DNA of 64,000 bases. It comes from Acidimicrobiales bacterium. Its GTDB lineage: Bacteria > Actinomycetota > Acidimicrobiia > Acidimicrobiales > SZUA-35. The stretch lies in assembly GCA_020630195.1 (NCBI GenBank), contig JAHDBV010000003.1, forward strand, positions 74,043 to 138,042, read 5' to 3'. Shown here one piece after another: positions 27,899 to 37,762 of this stretch (position 1 is its first letter; the number at the start of each line of letters is the position of its first letter). Below the pieces are notes generated by a model. That model ran no database searches and was not told where the DNA came from. It saw only the letters and a program-made list of their open reading frames with translations. The translations under genes and the position numbers were made by a program.

Positions 27899-29389
27899 TC
27901 AGACCGAGCGGTCCCGCAGCGCCTTCTTCGTCACCTTGCCCATCGCATTGCGGGGCAGTGCGTCGATCACGTGCACCGACTTCGGGTGCTTGAACCTGGC
28001 GAGATGCTCCCGGCACGCCTCGTCGATCGCTGCGTGGGGCACGGCCTCGACACCGTCGAGCACGACATAGGCGGTGACCGCCTCGCCGAACGACGGATCG
28101 GCGACCCCGATCACGGCCGATTCGGCGATGCCGTCGACGGCATCCAGCACGAGCTCGATCTCCTTCGGGTACACGTTCTCGCCGCCGGAGATGATCATGT
28201 CCGACCCCCGACCCCGCAGACGGAGCCGGCCGTCGTCGTCGAGCCCGCCGATGTCACCGGTGCGGAACCAGCCGTCGTCGGTGAACGCCTCGGCCGTGGC
28301 GTCGGCACGCCGCCAGTAGCCCGACAGGAGGTGCGGCCCGGCGACCTCCACCTCACCCGTCTCGCCACCACCGGCGATGCGGACGCTGGCGTGGGGGAGG
28401 GGGTAGCCGACGGAGCCGGGCACCCGTTCGCCGTCGAGCGGGTTCGACGTGATGATGCCGGCCTCGGACATGCCGTAGCGCTCCACCGGTCGGTGCCCCG
28501 TGCGGGACTCGATCTCGGCGAAGACCAGCTCGGACAGCGGAGCCGAGCCCGACGTCACGAGGCGGAGATGTCGGGCGTCGTCGCCGAAGCCGGGGTCGTC
28601 GAGCAGCCGCCGCCAGATGGCCGGCACCGCCATGAAGACCGTGGAGTCGGCGAGGGCGCCACGCACGCCCTCGACCGTGAACCGTGGCAGCAGGAGCGTA
28701 CGGGCCCCGGCGAGCAGCGCGGTGTGGAGCGCCACGAACAGGCCGTGCACGTGGAACAGCGGCAGGCAGTGCAGGGTGACGTCGTCGGGGCCGAGCCCCC
28801 AGACCTCGACGAGGGCGCGCCCGTTCGCGAGCAGGCCGCCATGGGTGTTCATCGCCCCCTTCGGTCGACCCGTCGTGCCCGAGGTGTACACGAGGGCGGC
28901 GAGGTCGTCGTCGGCCCGCTCCACCGGATCGAGCCGCCCCGGATCGGCGAGGGCGTCGGCCCGCTCGGCCAGGGTGCCGTCGCCGGATGCGTCGAGCGAG
29001 GCCACGCCGAGCGATTCCACCGCATCGACCCCGAAGCGGGCCGCGAGCTCCCGAGCCGTGCCGAGCCGCTCCGGGCTGACCACGAACACCGTCGGCTGGG
29101 CATCACCGAGGTAGTGCTCGAGCTCGGTGTCGGTGAAGGCGGGGTTGAGCGGCACCGTCACCGCCCCGATCCCGAGGATCCCGAGATGGAGGGCGACCGC
29201 GTCGGGCGAGGTACCCACCTGGACGGCCACGCGATCGCCCGGCGTCACGCCGAGTGCGGCCAGTGACGCGGCGAAGCGGCCGGCTCGTGTGACGAGCTCG
29301 GCCGCTTCGAGTGCCGTTCCCCCCGGCGTCTCCAGGATCGGTGCGGGCCGATCGGTGATGCCGAGGATGAGTTGTCGGGCCACGTTCAC
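27899..29389 (-). CDS. acyl-CoA synthetase, MatB (malonyl-CoA synthetase)-like
   Basis: YTSGTTGRPKG, HCLPLFHVHGLFVA, ERYGMSE, FRTGD, PRNAMGKV. Confidence 0.88.
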   Translation of the reverse strand: MNVARQLILGITDRPAPILETPGGTALEAAELVTRAGRFAASLAALGVTPGDRVAVQVGTSPDAVALHLGILGIGAVTVPLNPAFTDTELEHYLGDAQPTVFVVSPERLGTARELAARFGVDAVESLGVASLDASGDGTLAERADALADPGRLDPVERADDDLAALVYTSGTTGRPKGAMNTHGGLLANGRALVEVWGLGPDDVTLHCLPLFHVHGLFVALHTALLAGARTLLLPRFTVEGVRGALADSTVFMAVPAIWRRLLDDPGFGDDARHLRLVTSGSAPLSELVFAEIESRTGHRPVERYGMSEAGIITSNPLDGERVPGSVGYPLPHASVRIAGGGETGEVEVAGPHLLSGYWRRADATAEAFTDDGWFRTGDIGGLDDDGRLRLRGRGSDMIISGGENVYPKEIELVLDAVDGIAESAVIGVADPSFGEAVTAYVVLDGVEAVPHAAIDEACREHLARFKHPKSVHVIDALPRNAMGKVTKKALRDRSV

Positions 29390-29490
29390 GATGACCGAGT
29401 CTGCCTGACCGGACACCCAGACCGAAATGGTCCTCGTGACGAGCCCTCGCTCACCGCTACGGGTTGGCGGCGAGGCGTCTCACCGAGCGC

Positions 29491-30408
29491 TCAGGCGTGG
29501 CGCTTCGAGGTCCGGATCAGACCCCGACCGGCGGCCATGAGCACCGAGCCGATGCCGGCGAAGACGAGGGTCTCCGAGCCGGTCTCGGGGAGCTCCTGGC
29601 GGGTCTGGGTCGAGCCCTGGACCACGGTCTCGGTCGCCGGGGCGGCCGGGGTGGCGGGGGCCGCAGCCGGCTCGGTCTTGGTGGTCGTGGTGTCGGTCTT
29701 GGGCTCGGCGGCCGGGGCGGCGGCCGGAGCTTCCTCCGCCGGGGCCGGGGCGGCCGGCTGGGTGTCGGGGGTGACCTCGGGAGTGGTCTGCGGCGTGGTG
29801 TCGACACCGGCGCCGGCGTCGGTCTCGGGGACCTCGCTGGTCTCGGTCTCGGTCTCGGTCTCGACCTCGGCCTCGGTGGTGGTCGTGGTGGGCTCCGGCT
29901 CGGGGGCCGGGGTCCAGCAGAGGTTGGCCGAACCGACGATGAAGGAGTTGGCGGTGTGGGGGTCGCCACCACCGTGGTGGGCCCGGATGGCGGCGGCGGC
30001 CGACGGCAGGGTGACGGAGCCGAGGCTGCCGCTCCACGAGGCGGAGTCGGTGTCGTCGGCGAGGTCGGGGGAGGCCCACGAGTTGGCGATCACGTTGCCG
30101 CCGGCGTCGAGGAACTGGACGACGAACTTCTCACCCGGCTGGGCGAAGCCGATCGCACGGTCGGCGTGGGAGTCGGAGTGGCTGGCGGACACCGAGACGG
30201 TGGCACCGGCGGGGATCGACACCGACGTCGACGGGCCGATGACCCGGACACCGTTGGCGAGCTGCACGCCACCGAGGCTGTGCGAGCTGCAGGTGGACTC
30301 GGCCCCGGCGGCGGCCGGGAGCATCAGGACACCGGCGAGAGCGGCGGTGCCGGTGACGGCGGCCAGGGTGCGGGTCGAGAGGCGCTTGGAGGAAATGTTC
30401 TTGTTCAT
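29491..30408 (-). CDS. LPXTG sortase-anchored surface protein
   Basis: Signal peptide, globular domain, E/T/P/A stalk, LPETG + hydrophobic stretch + basic tail. Confidence 0.85.
   Translation of the reverse strand: MNKNISSKRLSTRTLAAVTGTAALAGVLMLPAAAGAESTCSSHSLGGVQLANGVRVIGPSTSVSIPAGATVSVSASHSDSHADRAIGFAQPGEKFVVQFLDAGGNVIANSWASPDLADDTDSASWSGSLGSVTLPSAAAAIRAHHGGGDPHTANSFIVGSANLCWTPAPEPEPTTTTTEAEVETETETETSEVPETDAGAGVDTTPQTTPEVTPDTQPAAPAPAEEAPAAAPAAEPKTDTTTTKTEPAAAPATPAAPATETVVQGSTQTRQELPETGSETLVFAGIGSVLMAAGRGLIRTSKRHA
29817..29910. repeat. coding low-complexity tandem repeats (GTCTCG)n encoding PE/T/ET stalk
   Basis: Multiple GTCTCG and GGT units. Confidence 0.6.
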
Positions 30409-30577
30409 TTTGGAGAGGCTCCGTTGTTGTCCGGTGCCCTCCACATCACGTCGCTGGACACCACGATGGCAGGCCCCCACGGAGCGTCACGAGGGGAAGG
30501 ATCCCCGACCTTGATGGGTGGTCGTGCTCGGGACCTCCGTCACTCACGCCCCGGGTGTGCGTGCCGACGGGAGGCGC

Positions 30578-31912
30578 ATGTATCTGGCGGAGCGCTCGAG
30601 GTCGGCGACGGCCACCGTCGAGCCCGGCGACGCCACCGCCGGTTCCCCACGGGGCCGGCGGGTCCCGGTGGCCCTGCTCGCCCTCGGGCTCACCAGCTTC
30701 TTCACCGACATCTCCTCCGAGATGGTGGCCGCCGCGCTACCGCTCTACCTGGCGGGCGAACTCGGGTTCACGGTCGCACTGCTCGGCGTGTTCGACGGCT
30801 TCCAGCGGGCGGCCGCCATCGCGGTCCGGCTCCTCGGTGGCCGCCTCGCCGACGGGCGACGGGGTCCGAAGCAGGTCGCCCTCGCCGGCTACGGCCTGTC
30901 GATGCTCACCCGCTGGTTGCTCGTCCTCACCGCCGCCCTCGGCCCGGTGCTCGTGGCCACCGGCCTCGATCGGGTGGGGAAGGGATTGCGGAGCCCGGCC
31001 CGCGACGCCCTCATCTCCCGCAACACGGGCCGCCTGGGTCCGGCCGCGGCATTCGGGGTCCATCGGGCGTTCGACACCGCCGGCGCGCTGCTCGGTCCGA
31101 TCCTCGTGTTCGCCTTCCTCTCGATCGCTCCCGGCCGGTTCGACACCGTGTGGTTGTTGAGTGGTCTCGCCGCCGTGGCCGGCCTGGTCTGGCTGGCCGC
31201 CTTCGTGCCGTCACCGACCATGTCGCCCGGAGCCGCCGCCACCGGACCGAGCGCACCGACGCTGTCCGCGTGGCGGATACTGCGGACGGACCCGGTCGCC
31301 CGGTCGCTCATGACGGTCGGTGTCGTGCTCGGCCTCGGCGCCGTCGGCGACCCGGTCGTGTTCATCGCCCTTCGGGAGACCGGTGCGGTGTCGCTCGCCG
31401 TCGTGCCGTTGCTGTTCGCCGCCTCGGCGCTCGTGTTCGTCGTGCTGGCCGTGCCGGTGGGGCGCCTCGCCGATCGGATCGGCCCGACCCGGGTGTATGT
31501 CGCCGGCCACCTGCCGTTGCTCGCCGTCTACGGGGCGTTGTGGGTCGCGGCCGCGACCCCGGGAGGCGACCTCGTTCGACTCGACGGCCGGGGCGTCGCC
31601 CTCGCCGCCGTCGCCGTCGGGGCCCTCGGCCTGCACTACGCGGCGACCGACGGTGTCGGTGTCGCCGCCCTGGCGTCACGGCTCGACCCGGGGCTGCGGG
31701 GTCGGGCGATCGCGGCCTTCACCTCGATGGTGCTGGCGGGTCGTCTCATCGCATCCGCCGGCTTCGGCCTGCTCTGGACCCGGGCGGGCGCCACCGTCGC
31801 CTGTGCCGTCGCCATGGCCGTCGTCCTCGCGGGCCTCGTGTGGGCCCGTCGGGCCCGCGGACTGTTCGTACCGACCACGCCCGGCAACCACCACGAGGAG
31901 GCCACGCCATGA
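30578..31912 (+). CDS. MFS transporter
   Basis: SFFTDISSEM, DRVGKGLRSPARDALI, HRAFDTAGA. Confidence 0.9.
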   Translation: MYLAERSRSATATVEPGDATAGSPRGRRVPVALLALGLTSFFTDISSEMVAAALPLYLAGELGFTVALLGVFDGFQRAAAIAVRLLGGRLADGRRGPKQVALAGYGLSMLTRWLLVLTAALGPVLVATGLDRVGKGLRSPARDALISRNTGRLGPAAAFGVHRAFDTAGALLGPILVFAFLSIAPGRFDTVWLLSGLAAVAGLVWLAAFVPSPTMSPGAAATGPSAPTLSAWRILRTDPVARSLMTVGVVLGLGAVGDPVVFIALRETGAVSLAVVPLLFAASALVFVVLAVPVGRLADRIGPTRVYVAGHLPLLAVYGALWVAAATPGGDLVRLDGRGVALAAVAVGALGLHYAATDGVGVAALASRLDPGLRGRAIAAFTSMVLAGRLIASAGFGLLWTRAGATVACAVAMAVVLAGLVWARRARGLFVPTTPGNHHEEATP

Positions 31913-33027
31913 CCGACCCCGGCGTTCTGTCCGGACCGTCCCGACCGATGGTGCTCGGTGTGGGTCTGGTCCTCACCGTGCTGAGCGTCGTCGCTGGGGT
32001 GCTCGTCATCGGCGCCGCCGACGACGCCGGACGAACCGGCGGTCCCGATGCCGTCGCACTGCCCGACACGGCCCTCGCCCCCGGCGTGCTCGCCTACGTC
32101 GACACCGATCCGATCGATCCGGTGCCCACCCCGTCGGGTCTCGACCGGTTCATCACGGTGATCGACCGTCGCCCGGGCTCACCCACCTACGGCCGGGTCC
32201 AGGATCTGCGACCCTCGGGTGAACGGATCGACCACGACATCACGTGCGACCGCTATCACGAGCGCCGGCAGGTGGCCGTCTGTCTCGAGCTGGCCTCCGC
32301 GGTCACCGGGACCTCCGATGTGCACACCGTCACCCGCAGCGACGACGGGCTCGACGTGGTGGCGTCCCGTTCGATGGTGGGCACACCGAGTCGGGTCCGG
32401 GTGTCCCCCGACGGTCGCCGCTACGGCTTCACCACGTTCGTGGCCGGTCACGGCTACGGCGATCCCGGGTCGCTGTCGACCTTCACCGGGGTGTTCGACC
32501 ACGACGACAACCTGTGGCACATGGAGATGCTGCGGGTCTCGGGGCCCGACGGCACGCTCGACTCCCAGGCCAACAACTTCTGGGGTGCCAGCTGGAACCC
32601 GGCCGCCGACGGGCTCGTGGTCACCATGACCGACGCATCGGACAACGACGGCGAGTTCCATCTGGTTCGCGTCGATCCCGACCGACTCACCGGCGAGGCC
32701 ATTGGTCACGGCGAGTGCCCCTCGTGGTCGCCCGACGGGTCGACGATCGTCGTGAAGGACCGGCTCGAACTCGACGACGGCTCCGCCGCGTGGCGGTTGG
32801 TCGCCATCGACGTGGCGACGGGGGAGCGGACCGTGCTCCCCGAGGCCCGCAGCGTCGACGATCAGGTCGAGTGGTACGACGATCACACCATCCTCTACGC
32901 CGTCGCCGCCGGTGGCTCCGCGCTCGAACCCCGCCGTGACCTCTATGCCCTCCGCGTCGACGACCCGATGGCCCGGCCCGTGCTCGTCGCCGCGGGCGCC
33001 GACTCCCCATCCGCTCCGACGGACTGA
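31909..33027 (+). CDS. membrane-anchored TolB-like beta-propeller protein
   Basis: ATGA overlap; N-terminal TM; PSRVRVSPDG, NFWG, ECPSWSPDG, RSVDDQVEW. Confidence 0.8.
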   Translation: MTDPGVLSGPSRPMVLGVGLVLTVLSVVAGVLVIGAADDAGRTGGPDAVALPDTALAPGVLAYVDTDPIDPVPTPSGLDRFITVIDRRPGSPTYGRVQDLRPSGERIDHDITCDRYHERRQVAVCLELASAVTGTSDVHTVTRSDDGLDVVASRSMVGTPSRVRVSPDGRRYGFTTFVAGHGYGDPGSLSTFTGVFDHDDNLWHMEMLRVSGPDGTLDSQANNFWGASWNPAADGLVVTMTDASDNDGEFHLVRVDPDRLTGEAIGHGECPSWSPDGSTIVVKDRLELDDGSAAWRLVAIDVATGERTVLPEARSVDDQVEWYDDHTILYAVAAGGSALEPRRDLYALRVDDPMARPVLVAAGADSPSAPTD

Positions 33028-33046
33028 GGTCTGCCACACTCGCCCC

Positions 33047-34123
33047 ATGCGTCGGACGGTCATCGTGGGTGCGGGGGTCGCGGGGCTCGCCGCGCTGGAC
33101 CGTGTCGTGCGCGAGGCCGGCCCGCGGGATCGCATCACGCTCGTCGAACCCGGGCCACCCGAGCCCGGCCCACCGCCGCTCGTCGGCTTCCACCCGGCGC
33201 TCGATCGGCGCCTCGGCGCCCGGGTGCAACGCCCCGCCTCGGGGATCTGGCGTGGTGTCGGCGTCGGTGGCTCGGGGTCGGTCAACGGTGCGGTGCTGCA
33301 ACGGCCGACCGGGGCCGAGGCGCTCGTGCCCGGCGCCGACCGCGATGTCCTCGAGGCCGCCGTCGACCGGTGGTGGCAGGCACCGACCGTGGTCCGGCCC
33401 GTCGCCGGGGCGCTCGATCACCGTCTGGCGGCGGCCGGTGCCGAGGCCGTGCCGTTCCGCCTCGCCCTCGACCCGAGCACCGGGCGCCGGTGGCTGCCCG
33501 GCCTCGCCACGCTCGACGACGAACGGGTCGACCTCGTGCGGACGACGATCCGGTGCCTCGACCACACCGACGGTGCCGTGATCGGTGTCGTCGACTCGGC
33601 CGGGACCCGACTGCCCGCCGACCGGGTGCTCCTCGCGGCTGGCGCGGCGGCGACGCCGCGGATCCTCGGCGCCTCGGGGTTGCTCGACGACGCCCCGTCG
33701 GGCCGCGTCCATCTCGGTCGGGTGCTCGATCTCGTCGACCACGGCCCCGTGCCACCCGTCGGTGCCATCACCTCGGCCTGGGTCGTGCCCGGGGGGCGGG
33801 CGCTGCTCGCCACCAGCCCCACCGGACCGTTCCTGGTGTGTTGGGCCGGCGACACCGTCGCCGCCGGCACCACCCCCGACGCGGCGGGCCTCGACGCCGT
33901 CACGGGTCACGGTCTCGGACTGCTCGAGGCCGCCGGCATCGGCGTCCGGGACCCGGCGCCCCCGGCCGGCGGTGTGCATCATCTCGCCGCCACCGTCCCG
34001 CCCGACCCTCGACCGGTGCCGGGCTGCACGATCGTCGACACGAGCGTCTGGCACGACCTGCCGGTGGTGCCACCGATGCTGCTCGTCGCCGCGGCCGCCG
34101 AGGCGCTGGCCGGCGACACCTGA
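33047..34123 (+). CDS. FAD-dependent oxidoreductase, reduced GMC-like
   Basis: IVGAGVAG, GVGVGGSGSVNG, VLLAAGAAATPRILGASG, HHLAAT, IVDTSV. Confidence 0.75.
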   Translation: MRRTVIVGAGVAGLAALDRVVREAGPRDRITLVEPGPPEPGPPPLVGFHPALDRRLGARVQRPASGIWRGVGVGGSGSVNGAVLQRPTGAEALVPGADRDVLEAAVDRWWQAPTVVRPVAGALDHRLAAAGAEAVPFRLALDPSTGRRWLPGLATLDDERVDLVRTTIRCLDHTDGAVIGVVDSAGTRLPADRVLLAAGAAATPRILGASGLLDDAPSGRVHLGRVLDLVDHGPVPPVGAITSAWVVPGGRALLATSPTGPFLVCWAGDTVAAGTTPDAAGLDAVTGHGLGLLEAAGIGVRDPAPPAGGVHHLAATVPPDPRPVPGCTIVDTSVWHDLPVVPPMLLVAAAAEALAGDT

Positions 34124-34175
34124 CACACCACCCCGGGTTCGACGCCGTCCGCCCGGGGTCGGGGACACTGTCGGC

Positions 34176-34655
34176 ATGGCCCGCCCCCTCGTCGACGTCG
34201 ATGCACTGCCCGCCGAGTGGCGGGACGCCGACGACCTCACCGTCGTCTTCCTCCGCCACAAGGGGTGCCTGTTCACACGGGAGCTCATCCAGGACCTGCG
34301 GGCCGAGGCCGAGCCGGATCAGCGCGTGGTGCTGGTGCACCAGAGCACCGAGGCCGAGTTCGATCGGACCCTCGCTCACCTGTGGCCGGCCGCCGAGCGG
34401 GTCTCCGATCCCGACGCCCGTTGGTACGCCGCCGCCGGCGTCCGTCGTGGGGGCTGGCGGGAGATGTTCGGTTGGCGTTCGTGGCGGGCGGGTGTGCCCG
34501 CGTTCCTCCGCGGCAACCGGATCGGTTGGAAGGGCGCCGCCGACGGCTGGACGTTGCCCACCGCCATCCGACTCCGCGACGGCGCCGTGGTGGCCGAACA
34601 CCGTGGCCGCCATGCCGGCGACCAACCCCGGCTCGCCGAACTGGCCGCCGCATGA
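34176..34655 (+). CDS. AhpC/TSA-like (PRXL2/SelL-related) redoxin with CxxT motif
   Basis: VVFLRHKGCLFTRE, VSDPDARWYAAAG. Confidence 0.75.
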   Translation: MARPLVDVDALPAEWRDADDLTVVFLRHKGCLFTRELIQDLRAEAEPDQRVVLVHQSTEAEFDRTLAHLWPAAERVSDPDARWYAAAGVRRGGWREMFGWRSWRAGVPAFLRGNRIGWKGAADGWTLPTAIRLRDGAVVAEHRGRHAGDQPRLAELAAA

Positions 34656-35407
34656 GCGCCGCCGCCCATCCCTCGACCATCACCGTCGTGGCCGTGCACG
34701 GCAACGGCGGGGGAGCGTTCCGGTTCTCGCTGCTTCCCGAGCGCCTGGCCGAGGGTGTCGCCCTGCACGCCGTCACGTTGCCGGGGTTCGAGGGTCGGCC
34801 CCTCGGCACCACCGAACCGACCATGGCGACCTACACCGACGACCTGCTCGCCACACTCGACGGCATCGACGGGCAGACCGTGGTGCTCGGCCACGGCATC
34901 GGTGGCTCGATCGCGCTCGACGCCCTCTCCCGGCGGCCCGACGCCGCCGACGGGCTGATCCTCCACGCCATCGTCGGGGCCAACCTCGACGAACGGTGGT
35001 TTCCCCGGTTCATGGCCCGTCCGGCCGTGCGAGCGGGTGTGCAGCGGCTCATCTCGTCGCTCCCGGTCCGGCTCGTCGCCGGGCGACTCCTGTTCCGCTC
35101 CGCCCCGTCGGGATTCGCCGACCGCTTCCTCGCCGAGTACCGCCGGGCGGAGTCGTTCGGTCCGATGTTCGACCTCCTGACCGCCGAGTGGTTCGAGGGG
35201 CTCGCCGAGGTCCCGACGCCGACGATCGTGCTGTGGGGCCAGAAGGATCGCGTGCTCGACGTCGATCAGTTGGCCGTCATCGAGCGCCTGGTGCCGAACC
35301 GGCGCCGCCAGATCGAAGCCGGCTGGGGTCACTTCCCGATGGTCGACGACCCCGATGCCTATGCCCGGGTGCTGTCCGACCTCGCCATCGAACTCGTCGA
35401 CCGTTGA
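34652..35407 (+). CDS. alpha/beta hydrolase fold protein lacking the nucleophilic Ser
   Basis: VHGNGG, LPGF, GHGIGG at nucleophile elbow, LWGQKD, WGHFP. Confidence 0.8.
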   Translation: MSAAAHPSTITVVAVHGNGGGAFRFSLLPERLAEGVALHAVTLPGFEGRPLGTTEPTMATYTDDLLATLDGIDGQTVVLGHGIGGSIALDALSRRPDAADGLILHAIVGANLDERWFPRFMARPAVRAGVQRLISSLPVRLVAGRLLFRSAPSGFADRFLAEYRRAESFGPMFDLLTAEWFEGLAEVPTPTIVLWGQKDRVLDVDQLAVIERLVPNRRRQIEAGWGHFPMVDDPDAYARVLSDLAIELVDR

Positions 35408-35411
35408 CCCC

Positions 35412-37676
35412 GTGACCTCCTCGGCCGTGGTGCTCGCCCTCGGATCCGGACTGCCGAGCCCGGTCGGTCCGAAGGCCGCCAACCTCGATCGGGCCGTCGC
35501 CGTCGGGCTCGATGTTCCTCGCGGGTTCGTCGTGCTCGACGGGGCGGATCTCGCCGACCCCGGCGTCGCCCGCCAGGTCCGGGCCTCCGCCGCCGACCTC
35601 GGTGGTGCGGTGTCGGTGCGCTCGGCGTTCTCGGCCGAGGACGGCACGGGACGATCGATGGCGGGTGCGTTCCACACCGAGCTCGGCGTCGACCCCGATG
35701 CGGCGCCCGACGCCGTGCTCGATGCCGTCGCCCGGGTGCGGGCCTCGTGGGACGACGTGGCCGATCTCCGGGGCGTGGCGGGCCGCCGCGACGTGCTCGT
35801 GCAGCGCATGGTTCCCGCCCTCGTCGCCGGGGTCGCGTTCTCCGAGCCCGGGCACGAGGACGACTGGATCGACGCCGCACCGGGTCTCGGTGACGCCGTC
35901 GTCGACGGCACCGATCGTGGTCGGTCGTCACGGTTGCCCCGCGTCGGCCGGGGTGAACGCCCCGACCCCCGCCTCGCCCCGTGGGAGGCCCGGCTCGCCG
36001 AGGTCTGCCGGGCGGTGCGGGCCGAGTTCGGTGACGAACCCTGGGATCTCGAGTGGGCGGACGACGGTCGCCGGTGCTGGCTGCTCCAGGTGCGTCCGAT
36101 CACCGCGGCCATCCGCCGCAACGAGACCCTCACCCTCGCCAACCACAAGGAGATCCTGCCGGAGCTGCCCTCGACGTTGATGACGAGCCTCATCGTCGCC
36201 GCCGGGGAGGACCTGGTGGGCTTCTACGACGAGATCGACCCGACGCTTCCGATCCACCGACCCTTCGTCGAGGTCGTCCACGGCCGCCCGCTGCTCAATC
36301 TGACGATGCTCACCGACATGGTGCGGGCGCTCGGCCTGCCGACCCGCATGGTGACCGAGAGCTACGGCGGCGAACCCGACATCGACATCGGGCTCCGCCC
36401 GCGCCGGGTGGTGTCGAAGATCCCGACACTCCTCCGGCTCGCCGCGGCGCAGGCCGGCGCGCCCGGGCGGGCCGCCACCGTCGGCGCCGGGTTGCGGGAG
36501 CGGGCGTCGACCGCACGCGCCGAGGCGGCGGCGTCGGATCGGCCCTTCGGCGTCCTGCTCGAGGGGCTCCACGAGGTCTACGTCGGACTCGTGTCGGAGA
36601 TGGGAGCGTTGGCCTCCGGCATGGCGCCGCCCACGACCGTCCTGCGCGGCCTCGGCACCCTCGATCTCCACCTCGCGGCGCAGCGCACCGCTGCCACCCG
36701 CATGCTCGACGACCTCGGACCGATCCGCGCCGCACTCGACGCGTCGCCGACCGGTCGGCCCACGCTCGACGATCCCGAGGCCTGGCGTCGAGCCATCCTC
36801 GCCGATGCCGCCGCGTCGGCAGCCTGGCGGCGGTGGCTCGACGAGCACGGGCACCGGGGTGTGTTCGAGTCCGACATCGCCCGTCCCCGATTCGCCGAGG
36901 CGCCGGCCCCGATCCTGCGGGCACTCGCCGCCGATCCACTGCCGCCGACCGGCGCCGTGTCGATGCCCGATCGACTGCGTCGAGCCGTCACCGGCCCCGT
37001 CTGGTGGCCGGCGGCTCGCGCCGTGCACGCCCGCGAGCGTCTGCGTTCCGAGGCGATGGCGGCCTTCGCCGAGCTGCGCGCCGGCCTCGCCGATGCCGGC
37101 GGGCGAGCCGTCGCCGCCGGCCGCCTGCCCCATGTCGACGCCGTGTGGGACGCCACCGTCGACGAGCTCCACACCCTCGACGAGCCCGACGGTCGCCTCG
37201 ACGGTTCGTGGTGGTCGGATCGCCGGGATGAACGCGCCCGGGACGAGGCGGTGGTCCTCGCCGATCAGTTCCGCCGGTTCGACTCCCCGACGGCCGTGGC
37301 CGACACCGGAGCGGGGATCTGGCGAGGCCTCGGACTGACCCGTGGTGCGGTGCGCGGTCGAGCTCTGCGAGCGGCGGAGCCCCCGGCTTCGTTGCCCGAC
37401 GGGTTCGACCCGGCCGACACCGTCCTCGTCGCCCGCAGCGTCGATGCCGGTTGGGTGCCGATCTTCTCCTCGGTCGCCGCGGTGGCGGTCGAGATCGGTG
37501 GTGATCTCTCCCACGGTTCGATCGTGCTGCGCGAACTCGGCCTGCCGGCCGTCACCAACCTCGGCGCCGTGGCCGGCGGTCTCGAGACCGGCGATCGGGT
37601 CGAGCTCGACGCCGATCGGGCGACGCTGCGACGCCTCGACGGCCCGTCCGGGTCGGCCGTTTCCACCGCCGACTGA
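35412..37676 (+). CDS. PEP-utilizing enzyme / rifampin-phosphotransferase-like dikinase
   Basis: [22 protein letters not shown]...MAG, DLEWA, LQVRPIT; central HGHRG..ESD..PRF; C-terminal [19 protein letters not shown]. Confidence 0.85.
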   Translation: MTSSAVVLALGSGLPSPVGPKAANLDRAVAVGLDVPRGFVVLDGADLADPGVARQVRASAADLGGAVSVRSAFSAEDGTGRSMAGAFHTELGVDPDAAPDAVLDAVARVRASWDDVADLRGVAGRRDVLVQRMVPALVAGVAFSEPGHEDDWIDAAPGLGDAVVDGTDRGRSSRLPRVGRGERPDPRLAPWEARLAEVCRAVRAEFGDEPWDLEWADDGRRCWLLQVRPITAAIRRNETLTLANHKEILPELPSTLMTSLIVAAGEDLVGFYDEIDPTLPIHRPFVEVVHGRPLLNLTMLTDMVRALGLPTRMVTESYGGEPDIDIGLRPRRVVSKIPTLLRLAAAQAGAPGRAATVGAGLRERASTARAEAAASDRPFGVLLEGLHEVYVGLVSEMGALASGMAPPTTVLRGLGTLDLHLAAQRTAATRMLDDLGPIRAALDASPTGRPTLDDPEAWRRAILADAAASAAWRRWLDEHGHRGVFESDIARPRFAEAPAPILRALAADPLPPTGAVSMPDRLRRAVTGPVWWPAARAVHARERLRSEAMAAFAELRAGLADAGGRAVAAGRLPHVDAVWDATVDELHTLDEPDGRLDGSWWSDRRDERARDEAVVLADQFRRFDSPTAVADTGAGIWRGLGLTRGAVRGRALRAAEPPASLPDGFDPADTVLVARSVDAGWVPIFSSVAAVAVEIGGDLSHGSIVLRELGLPAVTNLGAVAGGLETGDRVELDADRATLRRLDGPSGSAVSTAD

Positions 37677-37762
37677 TCGGCGGCCCGGTGTCGCCGAGCG
37701 GTGCTACGTTGCCGCGTCGGGCGCCGATCGGCGGCGCCGCCACGATCGCAGGGGGAACCGGA

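Noticed and set aside
30409-30577. Riboswitch upstream of the LPXTG gene
   Set aside because: No recognisable c-di-AMP, c-di-GMP or other aptamer consensus by eye; an Rfam scan would be decisive
29464-31908. N-terminal ~815 aa of the 1187-aa ORF 29464-33027
   Set aside because: Overlaps the LPXTG and MFS genes with shadow-like composition; the real gene starts at ATG 31909
34176-34655. Second selenoprotein in the SelL-related redoxin
   Set aside because: Active-site codon is TGC and there is no in-frame TGA
35412-37676. Calling the kinase a rifampin resistance gene (rph)
   Set aside because: Same architecture only; ATP-grasp is shortened, context is unrelated, and no rifamycin-associated element was recognised upstream
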